A stretch of 64,000 nucleotides of DNA from an uncultured Planctomycetaceae bacterium (GTDB lineage Bacteria; Planctomycetota; Phycisphaerae; SM23-33). Position 1 is the stretch's first letter; each line of letters begins with the position of its first letter. The position numbers and the translations under genes were made by a program. Shown piece after piece: positions 1-9,695 of this stretch. A model generated the notes under the pieces. That model was not told the origin of the DNA. It searched no databases and was given only the letters and a program-made list of their open reading frames with translations. Where the stretch lies: assembly GCA_964583095.1 (NCBI GenBank), contig CAZOVB010000001.1, positions 63,940 through 127,939 on the forward strand, in the 5' to 3' direction.

Positions 1-1375
1 ATTGGCCCCAGGGATTCGCTGGGGCCCAGCATCAGGACCCCTCCGTTGCGAAGTGAGAACTGGAAGGACCGTAGAAGCTGCTGCTGGGCTTCGGGCTGAA
101 AATAAATCAGAACATTGCGGCAGAGGATCAGGTCGATCCGGCCAAAGGGCGGATCGGACAACGCATTGTGCTGCGCGAAAACCACCATCTTTCGCAGATC
201 CGATACGATCCGATAGCCCTCTTCGCGGCGATCGAAGAAGCGACTCAGATCCGCCCCGCAGACCTCCTTGCGGGTGCTGTCGGGATAGACGCCCTCTCCG
301 GCATATCGAAGAGCCTCGGCATTGACATCGGTAGCGAAGATCTTTACCGGCAGGCCTGGACAGCCTTGCCGGTCCCGGAGATGATAAATCTTCATGGCCA
401 GGCTGTAGGCCTCTTCGCCGGTGGAGCACCCCACGTCCCAGAGGCGAAGGGGCCTTTCCTCTTTGGCTGCCTGGTCGACCAGATCGCAGAGGGTCTCACG
501 CTCGAGCAGATCGAATGCCTGCCGATCCCGGAAGAATTTCGTGACTCCGATCAGGATCTCCCTTGCCAGGGCCTGGGCCTCGGATTCCTCGCTCTGAACC
601 TTCTGGGCATATCGGTGAAGGGATCTGCACCGTGTCATGGCCATCCGGCGTCCGATGCGTCGGTTCAAGGTGGAGGCCTTGTACCAGCCCAGGTCCAGAC
701 CACTGCAGCGAAGTACAGACTTGCGGAGCTGCTCGAAATCTTCCCGGGAATTCTCTTGCTCCAACTCCGGCTCGGAAATGCCTCCCGAAAACGACTGGAG
801 GATTGAGCGGAGCTTCTCGGGCATCTGTTCCGGGTGCAGCACGAAGTCCGCCTGGCCCGCCTGGATCACACTGGAGGGCATGGCCCGGAAGTCGGCGGAA
901 CAGGGATCCTGGGCCAGAACCAGCCCGCCGGCCTCGCGTATTCGAACGGCCCCGCGCGTGCCGTCGGAACCTTTGCCCGACAAAACGATGCCGACCGACC
1001 GATCCTCGGCATTATCGGCCAGGCTTTCGAAGAACAGATCAATCGGAAGATGAGGACCCGGAAGATCGGACCGTTGGCGAGTTACGAGTTGATCGCCTTC
1101 CAGAAGGAGATCTGTGCCCGGACAGATCAGGTAAACGCAGTTTTCCCGGATCGCAACCGGCTCGGTGACCTGGTGGACCGGTAGAGGGGTGCACCGGCCG
1201 AGGATCTGATCCATAAGGCTTTCGTCACCGGCAAGCAGATGCTGAACGACGACAAAACAGAGCCCCTTCCCGTCCTGCACCGACCGAAAGAACCGCTGCA
1301 GAGCTGACACACCGCCAGCCGAAGCCCCGATCCCGACTACGACGGTGGAATTGTTATCCGGTCCGGACATCACCA
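1..1375 (-). CDS. CheB-type methylesterase / CheR-type methyltransferase fusion protein, 3' end runs off the window (partial)
   Basis: Manual reverse-complement translation from ATG at 1375: MVMSGPDNNSTVVVGIGASAGGVSALQRFF..VVVQH..IVLSGKGSDG..LAQD = CheB catalytic domain with no REC domain. It continues in frame into TKFFRD..WDVGCSTGEEAYS..IFATDV..CRNVLIYFQ = CheR SAM-methyltransferase motifs. The ORF reaches position 1 with no stop. It is not in the ORF track because it has no in-window stop. Confidence 0.8.
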
Positions 1376-1413
1376 TGTCTTCTCTATCAGCAGCGGAATG
1401 TGAACATCGAAAT

Positions 1414-1433
1414 CTGCAGCCCCGGCGCTGCAG
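1414..1433. promoter_or_regulatory. Perfect palindrome CTGCAGC-N6-GCTGCAG in the divergent cheBR/cheV intergenic region (candidate operator)
   Basis: Read directly: ctgcagc cccggc gctgcag. Position between two divergent starts (1375 and 1666). Confidence 0.3.
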
Positions 1434-1665
1434 AAGGCTAGATCTGAGAATAACCGCAATCTCCCTGCCAACCAATACCCAAGCCAGGAATCGGCAAAAC
1501 CCCTATTTTTCCGGTTTCGGCTCAAAAGGCCTCCGGTTCTTCCGACAATAAAGCTGTACAGCGCTGAGGCCGGACCCTGCCAGGCCACCTGCTGCGCCCC
1601 TGCAGGGACGACCAGTCCTGGAGGCGGTTCCAGGGCAACCATTCGGGACAGAAAGGCAAACCAAG

Positions 1666-2634
1666 ATGGCCAGAGACGGCATACTTCTGGAGTCAGGGAC
1701 CAATGAAGTGGAGATCCTGGAATTCATCCTCCAGGGCCAGAGCTTTGGCGTCAATGTCCTCAAGATCCAGGCGATCGAACAGTATGACTCCGACCGCGTC
1801 ACCGAGATTCCCCTCTCCCATCAGGCGATCATGGGAATGTTCCTCTTCCGGGACCACACCATCCCGCTGATCGACCTCGCTGCCGAGATGAACATACGAG
1901 GCCGATCGGCCAAACGCGACGGCAACGAGCAGACCCAGAGCAACCGCATCATACTTGTCATGGAATTCAACGGGATGCGGACAGCTTTCCTGGTCGACGG
2001 TGTGAATCGGATTCATCGCGTCAGTTGGGACCGCATCAGCCCGATGAGCACCGTGCTTTCCGACAGCAACTCGGAATTCACCGGGTCGGTCAATCTCGAA
2101 AAGCGTGAAGTCCTGATCGTGGATATCGAAAAAGTTGTCGCCCAGATCCTCCCCCAGGCCCGGATGGAGTATCTCCAGGAAAGGGATATGGACCATCCGA
2201 AGGCTTCCAATCGACCCGAGGTCAAGATCGTCCTGGCCGAGGATTCATCGGCCATCCGGGCCATGATCACCTCGGTCCTTCAGAAGGGGCAGTACACCAG
2301 CATCGAGGATTTCGACAACGGCCTGTCCGCTTACGAGTACATGAAGATCTGCAAAGCCCAGGCGGATGAAACCGGCAAACCTTTCGCCGGCATGGTCTCT
2401 GTCCTGATTTCGGATATCGAGATGCCCCAGATGGATGGGCTGACCCTTTGCAGGAATGTCCGCAACGAACTTCAGCAGGAACAGATGCCCGTGATCATGT
2501 TCTCTTCCCTGATCAACGATCAGTCGGCCGAGAAATGCCGCGCCGTGGGGGCCACCTCCTGGATCTCCAAACCGCAGATTGGCGAACTGGTGGCAAAGCT
2601 CGATCAGTTGTGCCTGGAAGAAGCCGCCCGGTAG
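1666..2634 (+). CDS. cheV: Chemotaxis protein CheV (CheW-like domain + C-terminal receiver domain)
   Basis: N-terminal CheW-like region (GTNEVEILEFIL..FGVNVLKIQAIE..ILVMEFNGMRTAFLVDGVNRIHRV). C-terminal REC (KIVLAEDSSAIRAMI..SDIEMPQMDGLTLCRNVR..SKP). Confidence 0.8.
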   Translation: MARDGILLESGTNEVEILEFILQGQSFGVNVLKIQAIEQYDSDRVTEIPLSHQAIMGMFLFRDHTIPLIDLAAEMNIRGRSAKRDGNEQTQSNRIILVMEFNGMRTAFLVDGVNRIHRVSWDRISPMSTVLSDSNSEFTGSVNLEKREVLIVDIEKVVAQILPQARMEYLQERDMDHPKASNRPEVKIVLAEDSSAIRAMITSVLQKGQYTSIEDFDNGLSAYEYMKICKAQADETGKPFAGMVSVLISDIEMPQMDGLTLCRNVRNELQQEQMPVIMFSSLINDQSAEKCRAVGATSWISKPQIGELVAKLDQLCLEEAAR

Positions 2635-2640
2635 AACGGC

Positions 2641-3081
2641 TCAGGGGGTCTCGACCAGCACGTTCACAGGTCCGTCTGCCTGGCTTTCGATTACCATCTC
2701 GGCCCCGAACCGCCCGGTCTGTACGTTTCCCACCAGGCCTCCCAAGGCTGCCACGAACTCCTCGTGGAGTTTTCGGGCTGAATCGGCCTCCATCGCAGGT
2801 GCAAAGCTGGGCCTTCTGCCCTTGCGGGTGTCGGCCTGGAGGGTGAAGTTCGATATCGCCAGAATCCCCCCACCCACATCTTCCACACTGAGGTTGAGCT
2901 TCTCCTGGACATCTTCGAAGATCCGCAGGCCCACTACCTTCCTCGCAAGCTTCCGCGCGTCCTGGGCCGTGTCCCCATGGGCAACGCCCACGTAGACCAG
3001 CAGTCCCTGGTCAATTCGACCCAGGCACCGGCCTTGGACCCAGACACCGGCGGACTTGACCCTTTGCAACAATGCACGCAT
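2641..3081 (-). CDS. dtd: D-aminoacyl-tRNA deacylase
   Basis: MRALLQRV..GLLVYVGV..SNFTL..GRRPSF family signature. About 147 aa. Start taken at the internal Met matching the Dtd N-terminus rather than the ORF-track start at 3102. Confidence 0.85.
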   Translation of the reverse strand: MRALLQRVKSAGVWVQGRCLGRIDQGLLVYVGVAHGDTAQDARKLARKVVGLRIFEDVQEKLNLSVEDVGGGILAISNFTLQADTRKGRRPSFAPAMEADSARKLHEEFVAALGGLVGNVQTGRFGAEMVIESQADGPVNVLVETP

Positions 3082-3113
3082 GCGACGAACTCCTTTCGCC
3101 ACAAGCCTATCAA

Positions 3114-4124
3114 TCAGGAATCGGAGGGGCCAGCTTCTGCTTCAGACTTCCCGGTTTGGTAGATTCTGACCATGCGCTGGGCTGTCTGTTGAATGCGATC
3201 CCGCAACTGCCTGGGTTCTCTCACTTCCACCTGATCGCCGTAGCCCAGAATCCACCAACTGATTTCGCCCAGGCCGTCGACGCGACAGGTAAACTCGATC
3301 GAGCCATCCTCGTTCTGATTGATCTGCTGCGTCGGGTGCCAGATGACTTCCGCAACATTTCCGGCGACCTTCGAGCTGAAATGAAGGTGGATGTCATACT
3401 CCTTTCCTTCGGGAATCATGCTCCAGGCCAGCCCGAAGTGCTCATCCGGGTCGAAATCCTCCCCGTTCTCGAACCTGGCCGTAGAGACCGAAAGGTTTTC
3501 GATTCGATTGAGCTTGAACGTCCGAACTTCCCTGTGCATTTCGCTGTGGCCGATCACGTACCATCCCCGCTGGAAGAACATCAAACGGTACGGATGCAGA
3601 CGCAGTTCGATCCGGTCCTCTTCCGTAAAGCTCCGGTAGGTCATACGACAGATGTTCTTCTTGGCGATGGCCGAGACAAGATCCTCGAAGACTTCCTCGC
3701 TCTGTTGTGCATCCCCGGCGGCCGGGGGGCCAAGATGAACCGCCATGTGCTCCAGGACACTGCCTACATGATTGCGGACATACGAAGGAAGTACGCCCTC
3801 GATCTTCATCGCGGCCCGGGATGCCTGGCTCAGAAGCGGAACCTTGCTTGATCCCCTGAGTCTCCGGGCCAGGACGAGAATCGAAAGCGCTTCAGCCAGA
3901 TCCAGGTTGATCGGAGGCAAAAAGAAATGGCTGTTGATCCGATAGCTGCTCTGCTCCGGATCGAAGAAATAGGGAATCTTGGCCATCTCCAGGATATTCA
4001 AATCCCGGAAGATGGTCCTTCGACTGACTTCCAGCTCCCTGGCAAGTTCGGCCGGTGTGTACCGCCTGCCGCTCTGGAGCAGCGTGATGAGGCGTAAGAG
4101 CCTGTAAATTCTACTTATGCGCAT
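3114..4124 (-). CDS. HTH (DeoR-like) + WYL-domain transcriptional regulator
   Basis: N-terminal HTH YTPAELARELEVSRRTIFRDLNIL. Central WYL motif region FFQRGWYVIGHSEMHREVRTFKLNRI. About 336 aa, typical of WYL regulators. Confidence 0.75.
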   Translation of the reverse strand: MRISRIYRLLRLITLLQSGRRYTPAELARELEVSRRTIFRDLNILEMAKIPYFFDPEQSSYRINSHFFLPPINLDLAEALSILVLARRLRGSSKVPLLSQASRAAMKIEGVLPSYVRNHVGSVLEHMAVHLGPPAAGDAQQSEEVFEDLVSAIAKKNICRMTYRSFTEEDRIELRLHPYRLMFFQRGWYVIGHSEMHREVRTFKLNRIENLSVSTARFENGEDFDPDEHFGLAWSMIPEGKEYDIHLHFSSKVAGNVAEVIWHPTQQINQNEDGSIEFTCRVDGLGEISWWILGYGDQVEVREPRQLRDRIQQTAQRMVRIYQTGKSEAEAGPSDS

Positions 4125-4248
4125 GGCATAGGTATAGAGACCACGGGTGACAGCTTAGGTGTCACCGGCCAGGAATTTGGCGCAAGATTTTGTCATTACT
4201 GCCTCTACGAATTCTGCTTGCCTGCCAAATACCTTTCCGCAGTTCCGC

Positions 4249-6027
4249 CTATTCCACCTCGTCGCCGGCCGTATCGAAACCCGATTCCTGCTCATTTTCC
4301 GGGAAGACCTCCGGCCTGGCCGGCATCTGGGCCTCGTGAGGGGGCCAGGGCTCATCTCCCCAGATGGCCGGGAACATGTCGCGAACGGACTGGTTGATCT
4401 GCACCTGGTTCCAGTCCAGGATCGTACCGGTTACCTGGGCCAGTTCCACGATGGCCAGGTTGTAGTTCACCCGCGCCTGGACCAGCGCCTGCGAGCCCGA
4501 GGCCAGTGTCTGCTGTGCCTGGAGCTTCACATTGAGGAATTCCGGGCTCAGGCGTCCCAGAAGCTTCTCCCGGGCGTTGAGAGCGTCGAGCTGTGCCTGT
4601 GCGGCATCGACGGCCTTCTCCTGGGCCTGCATCTCGGCATAGGACGTCCGGATCTGGCGAATCCGCTCGCGAACCTGCACCGCCACCGCGTCGGCGGTAT
4701 TCTGCAGCGAAGCACGGGCCTGGCTCTTACGCAGTTCCGCTTCGGTCAGGTCGGCCCGTCGGGCGCGATTGCCAAGGGGATACTCGAAGTTCAATTGGAT
4801 CATGTAGCTCACGTAATCCAGGCTGGAAAGATACTGGTGCGCCTGGTGCAGCGTCTTGTCGCGCCCCATCACGCCGGCAGAAGCCGTCAGGTCCAGCCGG
4901 GGAAGCAACTGGTTTTCAGCGATGGTGATGTTCACATCCTCGATCGCAATCGCCTGGCGAGCCTGTTCGAGAATGGGGCTGTTCTCCAGGGCTGCCAGCA
5001 ACTGGTCGTTGACATCCGGTTCGACGCGCTCTTCCAGCAGCGGCGAGATGGCCACCACCTGGACATCGCTGGAGGTGGTCAGATTCAGCACCGGATCGCT
5101 CATCAGCCGCAAAAGGGCATCGCGGGCGTCCCGAACGGCCTTCTGGGCCCGGATCAGGGCGGCATTTCGCTGTTCGACGGCCGCCTCGGCCTGCTTGACC
5201 TCCACCTCGGTGGCGTCCTGAATCTTCCGGGCCTTCATCCGGTCCCGCGTTTCGACGGTCTTTTTGAGCAGTTCAGCCTGGATGCGGTAATCCTCCTGGG
5301 CGCGATAGAGCGTCCAGTAGGCGCTGTAGACGTCGAAGATCGTCTGTTCGACCGTCTGGCGAAATTGCTGGCGGCTGATGCGATGGTTGATCCGGGCAAT
5401 CCGCAACTGGGCCAGGTTGAAGGCAGGTCCAACCCCTCGCAGCAGCGGCTGGGTGATCTCCAGGCCGATCTCCGGAGCCCAGTTGGTCCGCGGGCTGGAG
5501 CCGAAATCGTTCCAGTTCCGCGTCAAGGCCCAGGAGATGGAGTAATTCGTACCGGTAGGCAGCAACTGTCTCAGACCTACCTCGAAGGTGCGTTCCTCGC
5601 TGGATCCGCTGAAGAAACCCGTCGCCGTTCCCTGGGTATCGATATTGTTGTAGCCGGCTGAGGCGAACACGGCCGGATCGAAAGCCGCAGCGGCCCGGAC
5701 CATCTCCTGGTAGCTGATCCTCGGATCATAGGCAACCACGCGGACCGAGGGATTGTTGGCCAGGGTGCGCATCACCGCGTCGGTCAGGCTGAGGTAGACC
5801 TTGCCGTCATCGACCTGCAACTGCGGACCGGCCGATGGGGGCTGAGGCTGTAACCAACCCAGATCCCGGTCGGAAAGGTCGTATTCTCCTCGCTGTTGAG
5901 GCCCGGCCTTGGCCAGTTCCCGGTAGTAACGCGACAGCACGGTAGCGTCCATGCTTCCGGGGCTGACACAGCCCAGTTGCCACAGGATCAACCCTGCGCT
6001 AAGCCACACGAAATGTCTGTTCTTCAT
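4249..6027 (-). CDS. Outer-membrane efflux protein (TolC/OMF family, NodT-like lipoprotein)
   Basis: Signal peptide with lipobox (LWQLGCVS). 592 aa with two long coiled-coil repeat halves rich in LxxAxxxL/Q-A-R patterns typical of OMF. No MFP or RND partner in the window. Confidence 0.7.
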   Translation of the reverse strand: MKNRHFVWLSAGLILWQLGCVSPGSMDATVLSRYYRELAKAGPQQRGEYDLSDRDLGWLQPQPPSAGPQLQVDDGKVYLSLTDAVMRTLANNPSVRVVAYDPRISYQEMVRAAAAFDPAVFASAGYNNIDTQGTATGFFSGSSEERTFEVGLRQLLPTGTNYSISWALTRNWNDFGSSPRTNWAPEIGLEITQPLLRGVGPAFNLAQLRIARINHRISRQQFRQTVEQTIFDVYSAYWTLYRAQEDYRIQAELLKKTVETRDRMKARKIQDATEVEVKQAEAAVEQRNAALIRAQKAVRDARDALLRLMSDPVLNLTTSSDVQVVAISPLLEERVEPDVNDQLLAALENSPILEQARQAIAIEDVNITIAENQLLPRLDLTASAGVMGRDKTLHQAHQYLSSLDYVSYMIQLNFEYPLGNRARRADLTEAELRKSQARASLQNTADAVAVQVRERIRQIRTSYAEMQAQEKAVDAAQAQLDALNAREKLLGRLSPEFLNVKLQAQQTLASGSQALVQARVNYNLAIVELAQVTGTILDWNQVQINQSVRDMFPAIWGDEPWPPHEAQMPARPEVFPENEQESGFDTAGDEVE

Positions 6028-6222
6028 AGCAATGATCGCCTTTGCTTTGGGGCCAACCCCATCTGCCAGTGACTAGGTACCATAGAAATACTCGGCAACT
6101 GGGGCTACGGCGCTGGAGGAATCTCTTGGGTTCCGGGGTTTCCTGAGAGCAAGATCGTTGCATTCGCACGATATTTCAATACCATTTCCATTGACAGCCC
6201 CCTTACTCGAAAGGTTTTTGCG

Positions 6223-7608
6223 ATGGCTGACATCGATAAAGTATTCAAGGCGTACGACGTTCGCGGGCTTTACGGCGACGAGATTGACGAGGACCTGGCC
6301 TGGAAGATCGGCTATGCCTCGGCCCAGTTTCTTCGTTCGAGCCTCAGTGGCTACGAGCGCGGGCAATCTTCCACCAACCGCATCGTCATCGGACGCGACA
6401 TGCGCCCGCACAGCGAGCCGCTGGCCAAGGCGCTCATTGACGGCGTGACCAGCAGCGGAGCCGGTTGTATCGACATCGGCCTGGTCGACACGCCCATGGT
6501 GTATTTTGCGATCAACCATTTCGGTTCGTGCGGGGGTATACAGATTACCGCCTCGCACAACCCGGTGGAATACAACGGGTTCAAGATTTCCGCCCTCAAA
6601 GCCAAGCCCGTGGGCCAGGATACCGGCCTGGAGGAGATCAAACGGATCGTTCAGGGGCTCAACCGAATGCCCGATGGGGCCATCATCTCCCGAGCCCAGA
6701 ACGTGGACCTCTGGGACGAGTACCGCAAGCACGTCCTGAAATTCCTGAACCTGCCTCGCAAACTCAAGGTCGTGATCGACGCCTCCAACGGCATGGGCGG
6801 CAAAATGTTCCCGGCCCTGTTCAACGGAATCGAAAACCTGGAGATCATCCCGGTCAATTTCGAAATCGGCCAGGGCTTCGTTCACCCGCCCAACCCGCTG
6901 GTCGAAGCCAACCTCCAGTGGACCAAGGACGCCGTCAACGAACACAAGGCCGATCTGGGAATCTGCTCCGACGGCGACGCCGATCGATGCATGTTCGTTG
7001 ATGAACTGGGCAACACGGTCCGCTGTGACCTGATGACCGCCCTGATGGCCAAGCGATTCCTGGCAGAAAACCCCGGCGCGATGGTTGTCTACGACCTCCG
7101 CTCCAGCCGGGTGGTGGCCGAGGAAGTCCGGGCCGCCGGCGGCGTACCACGGCGCGAACGTGTCGGCCATGCCTTTATGAAAAAGGCCCTGGCCACCGGC
7201 CATGCAGTCTTCGGAGGTGAACTCAGCGGCCACTTCTACTTCCGAGACAACTACAATGCCGACTCCGGCGCCATCGCCTTTGCGACCGCCTGTTCCCTGC
7301 TGAGCGAGCAGGACAGGCCGCTGAGCGAACTGGTCGCACCGCTTCGCAGATACAGCCACAGCGGCGAGATCAATTTCCAGGTCGACGACAAGCAGGCAAA
7401 GATGAAGGAGGTCGAGGAGGTTTTCTCCGAAGGCGAAATCGATCATCTCGACGGCGTGACAGTCCAGTTCGAGGAATGGTGGTGCAACGTCAGGCCTTCC
7501 AATACCGAGCCCCTGCTGCGTCTGAGTCTGGAAGCCAAGAACCAGTCCATGATGAACGAGAAGCTCCAAGAGGTCAAAAAGATCCTGGGTGAGCCGGTCG
7601 ACCACTAA
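6223..7608 (+). CDS. Phosphomannomutase/phosphoglucomutase (alpha-D-phosphohexomutase family)
   Basis: Active-site phosphoserine motif ITASHNP, GRDMRP, metal-binding DGDADR loop. 461 aa. Confidence 0.85.
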   Translation: MADIDKVFKAYDVRGLYGDEIDEDLAWKIGYASAQFLRSSLSGYERGQSSTNRIVIGRDMRPHSEPLAKALIDGVTSSGAGCIDIGLVDTPMVYFAINHFGSCGGIQITASHNPVEYNGFKISALKAKPVGQDTGLEEIKRIVQGLNRMPDGAIISRAQNVDLWDEYRKHVLKFLNLPRKLKVVIDASNGMGGKMFPALFNGIENLEIIPVNFEIGQGFVHPPNPLVEANLQWTKDAVNEHKADLGICSDGDADRCMFVDELGNTVRCDLMTALMAKRFLAENPGAMVVYDLRSSRVVAEEVRAAGGVPRRERVGHAFMKKALATGHAVFGGELSGHFYFRDNYNADSGAIAFATACSLLSEQDRPLSELVAPLRRYSHSGEINFQVDDKQAKMKEVEEVFSEGEIDHLDGVTVQFEEWWCNVRPSNTEPLLRLSLEAKNQSMMNEKLQEVKKILGEPVDH

Positions 7609-7640
7609 GCCGGCCCCGGCCGCCCTTTGCCGGGAGGGGG

Positions 7641-8669
7641 TTATCCGTCCATTCGAGTCAGGGCCCCCTCCAGAACGCTGCGACAGACATCACAGGCTTG
7701 GCACGCGCGGCCGCAGCGGGTGGTGCGATCGAAGAAATCTTCTGGAATGCTCCCCGCGTCGATCACGTAGGGCGCCAAGGCCGGGCCAAACCCCGGTTCG
7801 AGCAGGTCCAGCAGGTTGCCTCGGTACTGTCCTCGTGTATAAGCATCCACCACCATTCGCGGGTGCTGGTGCATGCGCGTGGCCAGCTTCACAACGTCAA
7901 AGAGTCCTTCGTAGTGATGAAGGTCCTCGGGGCGGACCCAACTGGCCTGGAGAATCATGGGCCAGTTCTTCCGGTCCTTCAACAGACGCCAGCAGGCGGT
8001 GGGAACAAATCCCTTCAGGTTCCGACGCTCATCGATTCCCGCATCGTGGGCCACCAGGTTGTCATGGAAGCTCTGGCTGGAGCAATGGGCGAAACAGCCG
8101 CTGTTGGCGAGCATCAGTAGTTTCTTGTTGTGAGACCGGGCCCAGTTGACCAGTTGCCCGATCCGCTTCAAGTCACGATTCCACTCGCGCTGAACGTAGA
8201 AACTGTCAAAGAGATCGGCCAGTTGCTCCATGCCCTGAACCGTGCCGATTAGCATGTTCACCGAGGCCCGGACCTCCACTTCCGGATGGGTCTGGCCGAC
8301 CACATGGGCTATGAACGGAGAAGTGGTGGTGATCACATCCACGCCCCCCACCACTTCCCGCAGATGATCCAGAACGCTCACGACCCGGTGGGCCAGTGCC
8401 TCGCTGACGGCTTCTTCGCCGTAGCAGGCGGCATTGAAGAGAAGGTCCAGCTTCAGACCCATCTGCCGGATTTCCTGAAGATCCTCCTCCAGGCGGCGCT
8501 GGGCGCTCCAGTCGGTATAGCCCCGCCGGCTTGCCAGGGCGGCCCGGCCCGAGGGCATGTCGCCCCAGGGGAAGTAGACCTCGGCCAAATGCTCGCGGTA
8601 GTCGCGAACCAATGCAGCAAAAGGCTCCTGGCCCGGGTCGGCAAGCTGGTATCCCACTGCGAATTTCAT
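7641..8669 (-). CDS. Hypothetical Cys-rich TIM-barrel-like protein, possibly peptidase-U32-like
   Basis: 342 aa. GCFAHCSSQSF resembles the U32 family Cys motif. C-terminal CGRACQACDVC cysteine cluster. It lies 18 nt downstream of the Fe-S protein gene on the same strand. Confidence 0.4.
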   Translation of the reverse strand: MKFAVGYQLADPGQEPFAALVRDYREHLAEVYFPWGDMPSGRAALASRRGYTDWSAQRRLEEDLQEIRQMGLKLDLLFNAACYGEEAVSEALAHRVVSVLDHLREVVGGVDVITTTSPFIAHVVGQTHPEVEVRASVNMLIGTVQGMEQLADLFDSFYVQREWNRDLKRIGQLVNWARSHNKKLLMLANSGCFAHCSSQSFHDNLVAHDAGIDERRNLKGFVPTACWRLLKDRKNWPMILQASWVRPEDLHHYEGLFDVVKLATRMHQHPRMVVDAYTRGQYRGNLLDLLEPGFGPALAPYVIDAGSIPEDFFDRTTRCGRACQACDVCRSVLEGALTRMDG

Positions 8670-8687
8670 CCGGACCTCCGTATCGGG

Positions 8688-9695
8688 TCAGTCCGTCTCG
8701 GAATCATCGGTGCTCTGGGTGAGCCCGGTTTCCGGCTCCGGCTGGGACCAGTCGACCGTCCAGGGCTTGCGACGCCGGAAATCGCTGTGGAACTTGTTGT
8801 CGACCACGCCGCGCTTTTCCATGGAGATCATGCAGGCCCGCGTGCAGCCTCGACTGCCGCAGACCGCCTGGCCGGTGTTGTACAGGTTGCGCGGCTTCTT
8901 CTTGAAGGGCGACCACCAGCCGGGCTTGGCCGTCGGGCCCCAGGGCATGTAGTTCTCTTCTTCGGAAACCGATTCATCCAGTACGGCACCCTTAAAGGCG
9001 ACGTTGCACTTCTGGCAGTCGATGTCCATCCACTCGACCTCTCGACCGGCCAGGTTTACCTTGACCGTCTTGGTCGGGTCGAACGCCTCGCCCGGGCAAT
9101 CGCGGACACAGGCCAGGCAGCGATTGCACAGCGGCTGGCCGTCGTAGATCGGGTCCGGCTCCAGGGCGGCCTCGGTCAGTATGATGCCCACACGCTGGCG
9201 CGGACCGAACCGCTTGGTCAGGAACATCTTGGAAAAGCCAATCTCCCCAAGCCCGGCCAGATAGCCGGCGATGCGGAGGTTGACCATTACGTCAGGCCTT
9301 GCCCTGCCCGGCGCTACCGGCCGCGATATCTGTTTGCGATCGTTGCCGACATTATCTATCGCCCGCCAGTCGCTCTGGTGACCGTAGGGAATCGCCTCGT
9401 AGCCGTAGTCTTCGATGTACCGTGAGATGTTGATCACCGTCATGGGCATATACAGGTAGGTGATCCCGCCGTAGCCCATGGCTGAGTAGTTGGAGAAGAA
9501 CGTGCCTTCCTCCACCCCTCGCAGACTTCCCCGCATGACGCGAAACGCCATCGCGATCACGCTCTTGCACTCGGGCATGATCTGCCGGGGGTCCTGCTGG
9601 ATAGGCGCCCCCTCCCATCGCTCGATATTGCCGATCGAGACCAGGTCGGCTCCCTGGGCCAGTGCGAATTTCTTGACGTCCTCTGCTCTCAGCAT
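8688..9695 (-). CDS. 4Fe-4S cluster protein of the QueG / reductive-dehalogenase-like superfamily
   Basis: Ferredoxin motif CNRCLACVRDCP plus a second partial Cys motif (DIDCQKCN). The N-terminal region resembles the epoxyqueuosine reductase-type fold. Overlaps the IclR stop by 7 nt. Confidence 0.5.
   Translation of the reverse strand: MLRAEDVKKFALAQGADLVSIGNIERWEGAPIQQDPRQIMPECKSVIAMAFRVMRGSLRGVEEGTFFSNYSAMGYGGITYLYMPMTVINISRYIEDYGYEAIPYGHQSDWRAIDNVGNDRKQISRPVAPGRARPDVMVNLRIAGYLAGLGEIGFSKMFLTKRFGPRQRVGIILTEAALEPDPIYDGQPLCNRCLACVRDCPGEAFDPTKTVKVNLAGREVEWMDIDCQKCNVAFKGAVLDESVSEEENYMPWGPTAKPGWWSPFKKKPRNLYNTGQAVCGSRGCTRACMISMEKRGVVDNKFHSDFRRRKPWTVDWSQPEPETGLTQSTDDSETD

Noticed and set aside
2-806. 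Plus-strand ORFs 2-325, 168-806, 563-1168 and others at the window start
   Set aside because: They are antisense to the CheB-CheR fusion gene, which I verified by manual translation.
4159-5661. 500 aa plus-strand ORF
   Set aside because: It is antisense to the OMF/TolC-like gene, which has a lipobox and coiled-coil periodicity.
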